From assembly GCF_037042905.1 (NCBI RefSeq), contig NC_087259.1:5828001-5892000 (forward strand): DNA of 64,000 nucleotides, in the 5' to 3' direction. The notes beneath the pieces were generated by a model. The model had not been told where the DNA came from and did not search any database. It saw only the letters and a list, made by a program, of their open reading frames with translations. This stretch comes from Lytechinus pictus (lineage: Eukaryota). Positions 1 to 12,000 of the stretch are shown piece after piece. Positions within the stretch are counted from its first letter, which is position 1, and each line of letters starts with the position of its first letter. Made by a program: the position numbers and the translations under genes.

Positions 1-190
1 TAAATCTTTAATCTATGATTTCCCAAACCCCCAAAAGCAAAGTAGTTCCATCCTGACTTTTAAAAACTGATAGGGGGCACCAAAGGTGCGAAGGGCACTA
101 TACTCCTCACTAGTACTGTACATTGTTTGCCAACAAGGGGGATACGTGTCCCCCTCCCCCGATCAGCGCCTGGAAGACTTAGACCTACTT

Positions 191-360
191 CTATAGGCTT
201 TGTGATATACGTGCGTGCACCGTTATTTAATCAAAGAAATAACAAATCAATAATTATATTATTTGTTTAATCTTCTATACAGCTATAGGCTTTGTGATAT
301 ACGTGCGTGCACCGGTATTTAATCAAGGAAATAACAAATCAATAATTATATTATTTGTTT
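191..360. repeat. 78-bp direct duplication (191-268 and 283-360)
   Basis: CTATAGGCTTTGTGATATACGTGCGTGCACC...TTATTTGTTT occurs twice with 2 substitutions. Confidence 0.9.
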
Positions 361-585
361 CACTCAGGTACCCGGTGGGATGTGAAAGCCTATATGTAGT
401 ATGCCTAGCAATTGAGTATTGGAACTCTAGTTGGAATGCTCCCCAGGGAGTGGAGAAGGTGCATACATAGTATGCGGGCATACAAGGATCCGATGACCGG
501 GGTAACAATATGTCTGTAAAGCGCTTAGAGACGTCGTTCCGATGATAAGCGCTATATAAATGCGGAATACTATTATCATTATTAT
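361..585 (+). mobile_element. 3' part of a SINE with an L2-like tail
   Basis: GGTACCCGG...CCGGGGTAA...AAGCGCT...AAGCGCTATATAAATGC followed by ATT repeats; tail layout resembles the SINE at 49608-49881; no head present. Confidence 0.6.
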
Positions 586-2886
586 AAAGTTGCGTATCAC
601 AGTCATTTAGAAAGAAGAGAGAGAGAAGGAGAGAGAGAGAGAGAGGGGAAGAACACCACTGAACAGAGAAAAATAAATACAATTTAAGAAGAAGCTGCTT
701 TGAATGCCTTTTGAAGGGAGAAATCCGAGTGATATCTTGAAAGGATTTGTCGACTTCTTTCCAAAATTTTTGGACGAGCTAAACAATAATTCTTTGAGCA
801 GATAATTTTCTATAGGAGTGGGAAATGAAAAGGTAGCCTAAAATAGACTGAAACTCATTTTTGGACGTGCATTTGATCACAGTTTATTCTTCATTTTTCA
901 TTAATTGGATTTTGCAACATTTTCCATAACAAAAATCTGGACAACAAAATACATATCTAAAATTTGACATCAAGATATTGAACAATTATTTTGTATATAA
1001 ATCAGCAAATATATCAAACATAAATAAGCAAGTTAAGTGGTATTTTCTGTTACACAATAAATAGGATGGTTGCAAGGGTCGTCACAAAAGCAAAGCTTGA
1101 AAACTTGACAGCTCTGTAAATGGTCTCGGAATACTGATAATCTGTTGTCATTTACCAAATATACTTGCCAGAGACATTTCGTGTTTGCCTTGGAGCACGT
1201 CTTGAACAGATCCATGCACTATTCTTTGAGATTTCGGATTCCTGATATGAAAGGGGATACTAAATAGTGAGGGGAGGGGAATGTTTTAAAAGTAAGATGA
1301 TCAGAACAACAAATTTAAAACTATTTTTTTTTATTAAAAAAAATTTGCATTAAACAAATGTGGCCTGGTTATTATTGTTAACCCCCCCCCCCCCAAAAAA
1401 AAAAAGGTACACCAATGACGTCAACATATCCCAGGCTTAAAATTAATGTGGTTACTGGGCTACGCCAATATCTTGTCATATTTTCGAAAGCTTTCATGTT
1501 AATATTGGCATGGTTAAAGACAATTATTTGCACTGGTGTGAGTTAGTCCGAGTGGCACAGCATGGACAAATATCCACAAATAAAAATGAACCGAAAAGCA
1601 AAGCTTTCGCGGGATTTTTCTTTATTGATTATGTATGGTACTGGTGTACCTTTTCTGCAGAAGACATGCGATAAACAGAAACTTAACACCTGCATTATGC
1701 CTACATAGACAGATCTTCTATAGAAAATTTTATACTAGTAAAATCATGGTAGAATGATATGGAATTGCAGGTGTTTCATGTAAAGACCACAAAATGCATT
1801 CTTTCTCATCCATAAAACATCGATTGTAAATAGGAGAGGTATGGAAGAAAATTGAAGCATATCCCGGTGGACGCATCTGAAACATTAAAGATTTTTGAAT
1901 ATGTACATTAACATTATCCACTGTTTTATCAGCTGATACTAATGGAAATGTGATGGCCTATGTTGTAAATAGGTTTAAAGATAACTGTGTTGCAGCCGAT
2001 ATAGGCTAACATTGTCACTATTCCATTTTGTTTCATTAAAAACTGCATATTATGACAAATAAAATAACGCCACTACTGCAGGTGCACTGCAATGATTTTC
2101 AGAGATTTATTTATGTTTCCGCATGCAGGTATTTTGTTAATTTCTTATTGAGAAACGTTTTTTTCCTCTGGTGGCGGAATGGCAGTGGACGTGATAAGAT
2201 GAGAGCAGAGAAGCATGCCTGGCAGTTGCATAAGCGCGTAAAGACCACCACACACCCAAGACGACTGGTCTGCCACCAGATTTTGGAATAAAATTGTTTT
2301 GAATTTTGATGCGAATTTTGAGACATGGAACATCTTACTGTCAAAAGTTCTAAATCATCGTACGAATACCACGACCATGCTACCATCCTTATATTAGAAT
2401 GAAAGCGAGTTGAATATCTAGCCGTGATGACGTTATAGCAGTCGTACAATTGCATATTAATAAATATCGTTATATTCACGAAAAATGTGATATTTCAATT
2501 ATCATTTTTGGAATACCACAATGCATTTAAATTTCCTGAGTTTTTTTTCTCATGTTAAGTGCCATCATCGACAGAGATAAAAAATGAGACTCTCCAAACT
2601 GCAATACAAATTAAGTGTCTATTGAAGTTAAAAGAACGTGATGATGAAATGTATTGTTAATCTTATTTCAACATATTTGGGATTATACACTCCTCTAAAA
2701 TAAGAATTTCTGCCTGATAAAATTGCGACAAATCACAGTATAGAATAAATGCTATAGACGTATCGCTGCATATAACTCGGTATTCAATCGAAGAAAATAA
2801 ATAATTTGTACAGGATGATAAGAAGGGCCATATAAAATGGAAATACAAACAGCTGCAGGAATTTTGGACACGTTGCTTGACCTTAA

Positions 2887-3471
2887 AGGTCAAGTCCATC
2901 CCAGGAAAATGCTGACTTGAATAAATAGAAAAAAAATGAAACTAGCGTAGTGCTAAAATTTCATTAAAATCGGATGTAAAATAAGAAAGTTGTGACATTT
3001 TAAAGTTTCGCTTATTTTTCACAAAACAGTGATATGCACAACTAAATGAGTCAGTCGATGATGTCCATCACTCACTATTTATTTTGTTTTTTATTGTTTA
3101 AATTATACAATATTTCATTTTTTTTAGATTTGACAATAAGGACCAACTTGCCTGAACCATATAGTATTACACAATGCTAATTCCACATGTTCAGCGAGGA
3201 ATTAATCGTTGTATCACTTGACAAAGAGGAGAAAATTAGAATATTTCATATTTCATACAATAAAATACAAAAGAAATAGTGAGTAAATGACGTCATAGTC
3301 TCCTCATTTGCATACCAGCCAGGATGTGCATATAACTGTTTTGTGAAATTAAGCGAAACTTTAAAATGTCATAAGTTTCTTATTTTACATCCGATGACAT
3401 TTTTAGTGTTATGCTTGTTGGATTTTTCTCTTTTCATTCTAATCAACTTTTTGTTGGGGTGGACTTGTCCT
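2887..3471. mobile_element. Non-autonomous DNA transposon with TTAA TSD (Kolobok-type)
   Basis: TTAA|AGGTCAAGTCCATCCCA...TGGGGTGGACTTGTCCT|TTAA with long internal inverted repeats; further copies at 14065, 27411 and 49325. Confidence 0.8.
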
Positions 3472-3809
3472 TTAAGTTCATGCTAAGACGAATAGATGCT
3501 TCAAATTTTATCACCAATAGACTTTTGTAAAACGTTTTTTTATGCCTTAATGATATCAAAAGTTGAAATATCTGGGGGTAACGTCACGCATTGTCCCTAC
3601 GCTACGGTAAACAGTATCATAAAAATGGTAATGGATTTGATACTGAAGCAGTCAGGAGCTAAATTGCATAATTGTATTCAAAATGTATCATGTATATGCT
3701 ATATTAGTAACCCCGAAATTAGACCTATATTATAGCCAATCTGGAATAAAATTATTGGAAATATATTTTTTTTCAATTTATTTGAGAGGGTATTGGTGTC
3801 AACATTTAA

Positions 3810-3879
3810 CTCTTTAAGAGCCATTGGCAGCTATAGTTGCCCATAGCCGTCTAGTGCCATTGGCAGCTATAGTTGCCCA
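3810..3879 (+). mobile_element. Possible piggyBac-like left terminus with a 24-bp subterminal direct repeat
   Basis: TTAA|CTCTTTAAGAGCC; GCCATTGGCAGCTATAGTTGCCCA at 3820-3843 and 3856-3879; no matching right end seen. Confidence 0.35.
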
Positions 3880-4303
3880 AGTAACTTTTTTTGTTTAACC
3901 AATTCTACAGCCAGAAAATCAACACCATATTCTGTGTTTTTTATGTTGTTATATTGGCAAGGAATTCACAATCAATTTTGTCATATAAAAAATAGTGGTT
4001 TACATAGACATTTTTTGAGTAAAATGGTATTTTTGCATCAGTATTTTGAAGAGTTGATTTATGATATTGCCACGATCTGAATCAAGATGTCCCCTCTAGA
4101 CACGTGTGATATAAAGGTTGTGTGTAGCAATACACGTACTTCTATGGGCAGAGCAAAGGGGAGTGTGCAAAGGCATTCAGCTCGGAATTGACCAATGACA
4201 GAGCGTTACGATGTCTCTCACTCAACGCTACTCGCCCATTCGCTATAGTTTATGAATATTCATGAGCTATCGATCGGGTCTTTTGCATGTGTGTGTATTT
4301 GAG

Positions 4304-4694
4304 TTTTGTTATTATTATTTTGTTTTGGCGTCACCTGTGCCTGGGAGGCGAAAAGCGAACTGGATCACTATGACCCGCAAGTCTCTCCCCCCGATATAAC
4401 TGATTGGGGGAATGCAGGTGGACCACTACACCGGGGTTTCCCCCTACTCTTATACGGATAGTGCAGTGGGTTCTTAACATGCAAAGGTGGTGACTCTCCT
4501 CTACACGGGGCCTCCATTTAACGTCCCATCCGAGGGACGGAGTGTTTTCCATTGTAACATAGCCTGCATCTATGAAACATGGGAGAGACGTTTACACACA
4601 ACGCACTGGCTTCAGTCATCCGCCCGGGGTGGACTCGAACCCACGATCTTTGGTTCGACGGGCAGACGCGTTACCGACTGAGCCAACACCGCTC
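4304..4694 (-). mobile_element. tRNA-derived SINE with a Deu/Nin core
   Basis: Minus strand has A box TGGCTCAGTCGG, B box GGTTCGAGTCC, then CGTCCCTCGGATGGGACGTTAAATGGAGGCCCCG...AAGAGTAGGGGGAAACCCCGGTG (DeuSINE/Nin-like) and an A-rich tail. Confidence 0.85.
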
Positions 4695-4701
4695 TCGACG
4701 G

Positions 4702-4862
4702 TGTCAGACGTTTATCAATCAGATATGATTATTTTATTCTGGGACCGACCTTTAACGTCACCATCCGAAAGACGTGACCAGGGCTCGAACCTCGAATCTC
4801 TGCATCAATTTGTAACTTCCCCACATAGCTTGGATTACAGGCGCACGCCACAACGCCCAGTT
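4702..4862 (-). mobile_element. SINE with a 7SL(SRP RNA)-like head and a short Deu/Nin core, copy 1
   Basis: Minus strand reads AACTGGGCGTTGTGGCGTGCGCCTGTAATCCAAGCTA..., then B box GGTTCGAGCCC, then CGTCTTTCGGATGGTGACGTTAAAGG. Confidence 0.75.
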
Positions 4863-4994
4863 GCAGGCCGGTATGGTAGTATTCTTGTGTCAAGGCTTTT
4901 TTCTGCCTGCAAATGTGCAATTGTTCTCGTTATAAATATATATGAGTAAAGAAGGCTGTCATTTCCAACTCTCGTCGCACTGCAATCATCACAC

Positions 4995-5180
4995 TCATTA
5001 TTCATTTATTCATTTATTATTGTTATTATTATCATTATTAGTTTTACTATTATCGTAATCATTATTATCATTATTGTTAGCATTATTCTTCTCCTTCGCC
5101 TTCTTCTTAATATCAATGTTATTGCCATCAGAATCATCATCATCATCATTATGATTATTATTAAAAAAATTGTTGTAATC
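4995..5180. repeat. Degenerate (ATT/ATC)n low-complexity tract
   Basis: Runs of ATT, ATC and CTT triplets; these explain the spurious Ile/Met-rich ORF 5006-5392. Confidence 0.85.
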
Positions 5181-7237
5181 ATATCAGTTGCATTCCTTCT
5201 GCAGCCAAACTCTCTCTTCATAAACTTAAGATCAGGTAAATAACGGTTCATATTCGTTTGTGTTTTTATAGCCCAAACCATTATACAAAAAAGAATGATT
5301 GACATTGTTATGCTTATCAATATCGTATTCAACTTCTCACAAAAAAATATGAATCGTTCAATATTCTCCTCGAATAAAAGAGGAAGAAGCAAAAAAAAAA
5401 ATGTGATAATTAAAACGGCTGATAATACCGCTTTATTCGTCTCAAGATTTTTTTTTCGAGGTGGATGTGTTTCCTTTGCTCAATCAAACCATTGGTCAGA
5501 GAAAATGTAAACGGAGTATATACAGTAATATCAGATGTGTTGAGGAAAAGAAAGAAAGGGATACATTAACAAAACCGATCACACCGACCTGTTAGTTGCT
5601 GCATCATTGACGTCACTGTCAAGGGGATTTTAAAACGACTTTAGAGAGTAGAAATGAAAATGATAACGACGATAATGGGTTGAATATTACATTTCTTTAT
5701 ACCACGCTTATTATTGTACATTATGTAATCTGAACAAATTTTCTTACCACGGATAGTGCTGCGAGCTGGGGAGGCCCTGGGCGGATGCAGGATTTTTCTG
5801 TAAGGGGGCAAATTGTTTTCTCTTTACCTCGGTCACCCATAAAAAAGCAAAATGTAAAAAGAAATAAATACCGGAACCTTTGAAAGTATTCAAAAGTCAA
5901 ATCAAAAGACGCGTGTGAGCCCCGATTTCTATAAACATCCTGTGCTAAATTACTCTCCTTGACGCCCTGTTCCTGGAACGCCGTGTGCGGCGCTCTTCAC
6001 ATCTTAAGCTTTTTCGGAACATTTCATATACTTTCGTTAACAGAATCTTTGTCGTCACTAAATAACGCGCGTTTTTTATGTTGGCATTTTTCAGTTTTGG
6101 GGGGAAATACATGGATACAACACTTAATGGTTTAACTTACATATCACCGACTTGAAATTAAAAAAGTTGAAACTGATTACAAAGAAAATACGGTTTTTTA
6201 TTATATGTCACGTGATTGATGACGGTTTTTTTTTACCCCTGTACCATAATACGTTCGGGGGAGCCACTTCCTTTCAAAGATGCACAACAACGGGCGATAT
6301 CTGTGCGTACAAAAGAATGGGTATCAATAGCAACTTATTTATTATTCTTTATTTTCAATGAATACTCAGGCGTTGTTGTTTTTAGTAGGTTTTCTCATAA
6401 TGTAAACAACGTCCCCCGGGTACAGAGGATTTGTTGCTCTCGGGTACTTTCCGATTTGAGAATTATCTTGTTCGTTTTGATCATCGTACACGTTTTTTAT
6501 TCGGAAATATTCGGAAAAGAAAACACGATCACATATGTGCACGTCACACTGCATATCGCATATGTGGTGGGTCATCATTGACATTGTTCGCCGTATTATT
6601 CAGGGCGATGGGTAAGTGAAAAGTATGGTCGTGTGACCTTACTTCGCGCGTGACCATATTTCGTGGACGGTCGTATATCTCAGAAAGTACTTAATATCGT
6701 GAAAATCTGATATCACTACCAGAAAAAGCGGTCAAAAATTATCCTGTAGTGAAAGTTTCTAGTTGATAAGATTGGAATTTGTTTAAGCTAGGGCTAGGCG
6801 ATTGGGCAGGCGCGCGCACCTGCCTCGGCCGATCCTCGCCCATGCGCCCACCACTATAACTTAGCACTTAGCAGGCAGGGTAGGAATTCGGACACATCCA
6901 CACATAAACATCTCCAACTGAAGTGAGTACACTAACTACCCAAACATTCACTATCAATCTAAAAAAACACAAGGTGAGAGGATGTATTCTCTGTATGGGC
7001 AATGCATCCTCTCACCACCCAAATTTTCTGATCAACAACTGTCCTTTTTCCAGCCAAACGTTCTCTGCTCTTTTATTAATGATTAACATGGGCAGTGAAA
7101 CCTGATCTTATCCTCAGCATCCTAACATAGCTTCAAACCACTACCTCTCTCTAAAAAACGCCCATTATCAACCACAATACAATCCATGAAATAAGCACAA
7201 TTTGAACACAAAACAAAAATGCCTGTGTATCCATTGA

Positions 7238-8326
7238 CAGTGGCGTAACTACGGGGGGCATGGGGGGCACGTGCCCCCCAATCGGCTGGCCAAAAAAAAA
7301 AAAAAAAAACGGAGAAAAGGAGAAAAAGAGGGAGAAAGGAAGAGAAACGTAGTAAGGAAAGAAGAAATTATGTTCATTATAAATGTTATATTATATTATA
7401 ATTATGTTATATTACATAAGAAGCATTTTTTCATAACGTTATGAAACATTATTTGCTCAGGGCCATGTCTTTTATGTCTTTTATTGTTTCTGGTGCTCGC
7501 ATAGACTGTTTAACGAGATATATATTCCTGTTGTACTAAAACCTCCCGTTTTCAAATCAATATACTGTACACCAAATATATTTCCTCGCAATTCGAGTTA
7601 TTATTATTTCATGTAGTGACATTTGCTTCTTTTTTACGACTACTTAAAGTGATCTGCTCTTCAAGAATTCCTAAAATCAGACCTTAAAATGCCCATGTTT
7701 CTGATCTCAATATCAACAATTTTCAGCTCGCGCTTCGCGCTCGCATCATTTGGTAAGTGAAATACGTACGGTCTTAGAGAATTCCTGCAAACAAGCCTTA
7801 GAATGCCCCTCTTCAGGTCTAAATTTCCTAAATTTTCAGCTCAGTGAGATGCGTATAGTAATCATGATTACCATGTCTACAAAAAGTGCTAAATGTGTTT
7901 AGATGTAATTCTAACAAAATCAGCAAAGGATGGCACTAGCATTAGATGACTATGCTGAGATATATATACTCTTAATGGATTCCTAAAATACACAAATTCC
8001 CTGTTTGGGGTCAATATATACAAAAATTTCAGCTCGCGCTTCGCGCTCGCATTGTTTGTTTAGCGAGGCAGGTACGTATCATGATTACAAAAAATTTGCT
8101 TATAATGTCCCTTTATAGGTCTGAATTTCAAAATTTTCAGCTCGCGCTTCGCGCTCGCATTTAATCAGTGAGATATATATCCGTTTAATGGCACTGCATG
8201 TCCTTAAAATATCTCTATTAGGTCAGTATACCTGGCAACTGAGCACGCTTCACGCGCTCCCTAAATGACTCGAAATTTTTGCTGGTGCCCCCCCCCCCCA
8301 ATGCCGTGACCCACGGTACGCCACTG
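7238..8326. mobile_element. Non-autonomous hAT-type transposon with 8-bp TSD
   Basis: TIRs CAGTGGCGTA...TACGCCACTG; exact TSD TCCATTGA at 7230-7237 and 8327-8334; internal GCTCGCGCTTCGCGCTCGC repeats. Confidence 0.9.
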
Positions 8327-9002
8327 TCCATTGACATCTTTTATGATTGATAAGATATCCACGCATAAAGGATTTGGACCATCAAAACCATCACCCCCAC
8401 CCCATGTGCCCCACAAATTCTACACCCTACACATACTATAATAGCCCCCTTTCAGCTCGATCACCAAACGCAACATATGTTATTCATATCTGGTTCCAAA
8501 ATACACTGGGTGTGACCTATACATGAACCTGTACATATTGCGGACATACTTGATGCGGTCGGGGGAGGTGCTATATAATTATGCGCAGTCTTGGCGTAGT
8601 ATATCACGATGATGTGGAGGCACAAAAGTGGGACGATTTTTTACAGTATTTCCTCTCAAGAAAGTAATTGTTCTGACTAGGGGCGGATCGAGGATTTTCC
8701 AAAACGGGGGGGGGGGGGCACATTTTCCCGATCAGAACAGTTTGATTAGATAGTTCCATGGACCTGGGAAGCGGGGGTGCTGGGGGTGCTGAAGCATCCC
8801 CAAGATTTTCCCAGGTGGTGCTGCGTGAATTATATTCCACAGGTAGCACCCCCTGGAATTGGTTGGTGTGTCACAGTGGAGAAATGTATGGAAAACGACC
8901 AACATCTTGTGTTGAAACCCTTTTTTTGGCTTTTCAAATTTCTTGGCACCAAAACAATCTTCATTTTGTAGTAAAACTTTTTTTTTTTGCTTGTCAAATT
9001 TA

Positions 9003-12000
9003 CATAGGCAGATCCAGGGGGCCCGAGGGGCCCGGCACTCACTATTGGCGAAGCAAAAAAAGGGGGAAGGCATTTAAAAAAAATGGGAAAAGAGAAGAGA
9101 AAATAAGAGGATGAAGAAGAGTGAATAAAATAAGGTGAGGGGACGACTTGGAAAATAAAATAAAAAACCTTTCATGTCACTAAATACAGTTTTCGCTCGC
9201 GCTTCGCGTTCGTATTGCATGTTTGATGTGATAGGCCTACATGAGATTCTTCCTCAATAGGCTGATATGGAGCTTAAAATATCAAGTTTTGAAGTCAATA
9301 TACAAAACATATTTCAGCTCCAACATCGAGTTTTCATTTTGTTTGATTTATAAATTAATTTTCAAAAAGTGCTCTTTAAAATGTCTGTTTTATTGTCTCA
9401 GTATCAACATTTTCAGCTCGCGCTGCGCGAGGTACCTATTTTCTTCGTGTACAGTATTCCATAAAAGTTCTCAAAATATCACTTTTCAGGTTTGCGTGCT
9501 CGCTTTTTGATTGGTGAGTAATGTATACCTCAATTATTTCCTCTGTAATAATAAGCAATTCTATAAAACAAACTACTTAAATTCCCCTTTTCATGACATC
9601 GGGATTTGCGCTCTCATTAATTTGTTAAAACTATATTAGGGCGATTCCACACTAGAACTTCAAAAATATCAAAAATGTCAACATGCTTTCAATAAGTCAT
9701 AAGTAGTGTGATATTTTACTATGATACCTAAATTTTATGAAAATTATGAGTTTTAGCCAAAAGTGAAGTCAGACATAGTTTTTTTTGGGGGAAACAATGG
9801 AATTTTCTATTTTCAATAATTTTGCTGATTAAATATTCAAGTACAAACACTGCCTGAAACCATTATTGGCAAAGCACGAGAAGATTGAAAATATTGCAGG
9901 TCAATGGAATCATCTATCATTGGTGGTTCTAAATAATATCTACAACATTTTCATGATCCATAATAGGGGCAGCCCTGATTTTTCCGAACCTATTTTTGGC
10001 AATGTCCTGTACGACACATGAAAATGCAAAAGTTTTTCCTACACTTTTATATTTGATGATGCAATCTTACAATATCAGTCTCTCTGTCTTTGACCAATGG
10101 GTTATCGAATCATCCTATCAGAATCTAATTACTGCCCTTCATGTTTCAATAATTGTCCTATTAAAAGTTGTCCCGTACGACACACAATATATACTGCATT
10201 TCATTGCAGGATTTGGATTCAGAAACTATAAACAGTAGGCCTATTTTAATTTAAGTAATTGATTTGACATTAAGTGAACTGAATAGGTATTTTTTTTAAT
10301 CTCCATAGAACATGAAATACAAGATTCTAACCATTTTAATTGACTTCAGGTAGGCCTATTCTTTTGTGAATCCCTTCAGCTAAACTGGTGATTTTCACTG
10401 GTCAGAGCTGGTTAATTTCTTTGTCATTGAGCATGAAAAGAAAACCTTTAAAATTAATTTACCCTAGCATGGAAGATGATTTCCTCTTGCATGCTATTGT
10501 GAAATTATCATAAGATGTAAAAAAAAATATATATATATTTACGTATCAATCATCTATTTGGACCTCCCTTGATGATCACTAACTGTTTCATATACAGTAT
10601 TGAAACTCCTTACTTTTTTCAAGTTGTTAAAAAAATATACAGTATTGAAACTCCTTACTTTTTTGCAAGTTGTTAAAAAAAGACAAACCACATGGTTTCA
10701 TGAAATGCAGAAAAGTTTAAAAAAGTAAAATTTTGCATTTCTTTAGAAAAAATATATTTTGTGGAATTACAAGTGACAGTTGTGACATATAAACATTTTA
10801 TATGAAAATCATAACATTTTAGCCCCATAATTTATACACTGTTATACAAACACAGTTTCATTCATTCATGGTTTAAATAGTGTATAAGAAATCATCACTT
10901 AATTCACTATAAAATTTAACTTCACACAAAACTTCAAATTTTTTAGCTCTTAAAAATTATGTGAACCATTATACATTTCCCATCATGACAACATGATGAT
11001 ATATTGCTCCCAATTGTATATATAACGGATAGAATGAGGTTACTTAATTATATCGTCCTGAATGACTACTTATTAAGGCTTTTCATTAAAGAGGAAGAAT
11101 TTAGGGGCAATGCTCCCTTTCTGATAGATAAAAAGTTCATTGTATTATACAGGCTGAAGTACAACACGCAAGTGCCTGTACAACACACAAGTGTCCCGTA
11201 CGACACACAAGTGTCCCGTACGACACAGTATTTTGTTTTATGATATATTGACAGAAATATTCAGCCAATATCGGTTCCTAACATAATAAATGTCTTTAGT
11301 TTGATAGGATTGTCATTTTCATCAGCCAAATAAAGTGATTGAAGAAGTAAAAGAGACATAAAGTAAGAAAGTTTGGCTTCAATTTAGAGATGTCCGTACG
11401 ACACATTTTGAGTGTCCCGTACGCCAAAATGTTCTCCAAAATTTAAATTTGCTTTATTCATTAATGTTGATTTTGGAAACTTTTGTGTATATTTGTGTTC
11501 TTGGGTAATTGAATATCAATTTGGGTTTAGTTTTTGTTAAAAATTTCTGTGAAACTCACAGACTTTTGAGTACAAACGTTTCCGAAAAAGGCATTTTTCT
11601 GCGTCCGTACGACACATTACTATTTTAAATCTCTATTATACGTATTGTGAATTCAAGTCATATTAAGTGTTGGTCCTTCTAACACATCGGTAGTACTTGA
11701 TGATCATCTTTAGTTACTGGAATATTTTTTTGTTTTTCTTGTTGAAAAACTGTCAAATGTTCTCCAAATGTCCCGTACGACACGTATGGAATCGCCCATT
11801 AACCCATGCATCCTATTCATAATTACAAAAGTGCTTAAAATGTCCAATTTTCAGGAATTAATATCAACAAATTTCGAGTTGTCATGAGGCTTATTAGATT
11901 AATAAATACAAAAATAACATTTTCATGAATTCCTAATAATTAGATTGTCCTTTTATCCGAATGGAATATCTCGCGCTTAGAAAGAGGAATAGAAGAAAGT

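Noticed and set aside
680-2480. Possible exons or ORFs (1033-1215, 1730-1921, 2052-2291) and a faint LINE 3' remnant at about 680-960
   Set aside because: No recognisable domain or consistent splice chain; too degenerate to support.
4820-4862. Human Alu contamination or a genuine 7SL gene
   Set aside because: Similarity ends after about 45 nt with no Alu body or SRP S domain, and a second diverged copy is interrupted by a host transposon.
11155-11228. Short direct repeats resembling a CRISPR array
   Set aside because: The 20-bp units are contiguous with no unique spacers, there are no cas genes, and they lie inside a TIR/TSD-bounded transposon in eukaryotic DNA.
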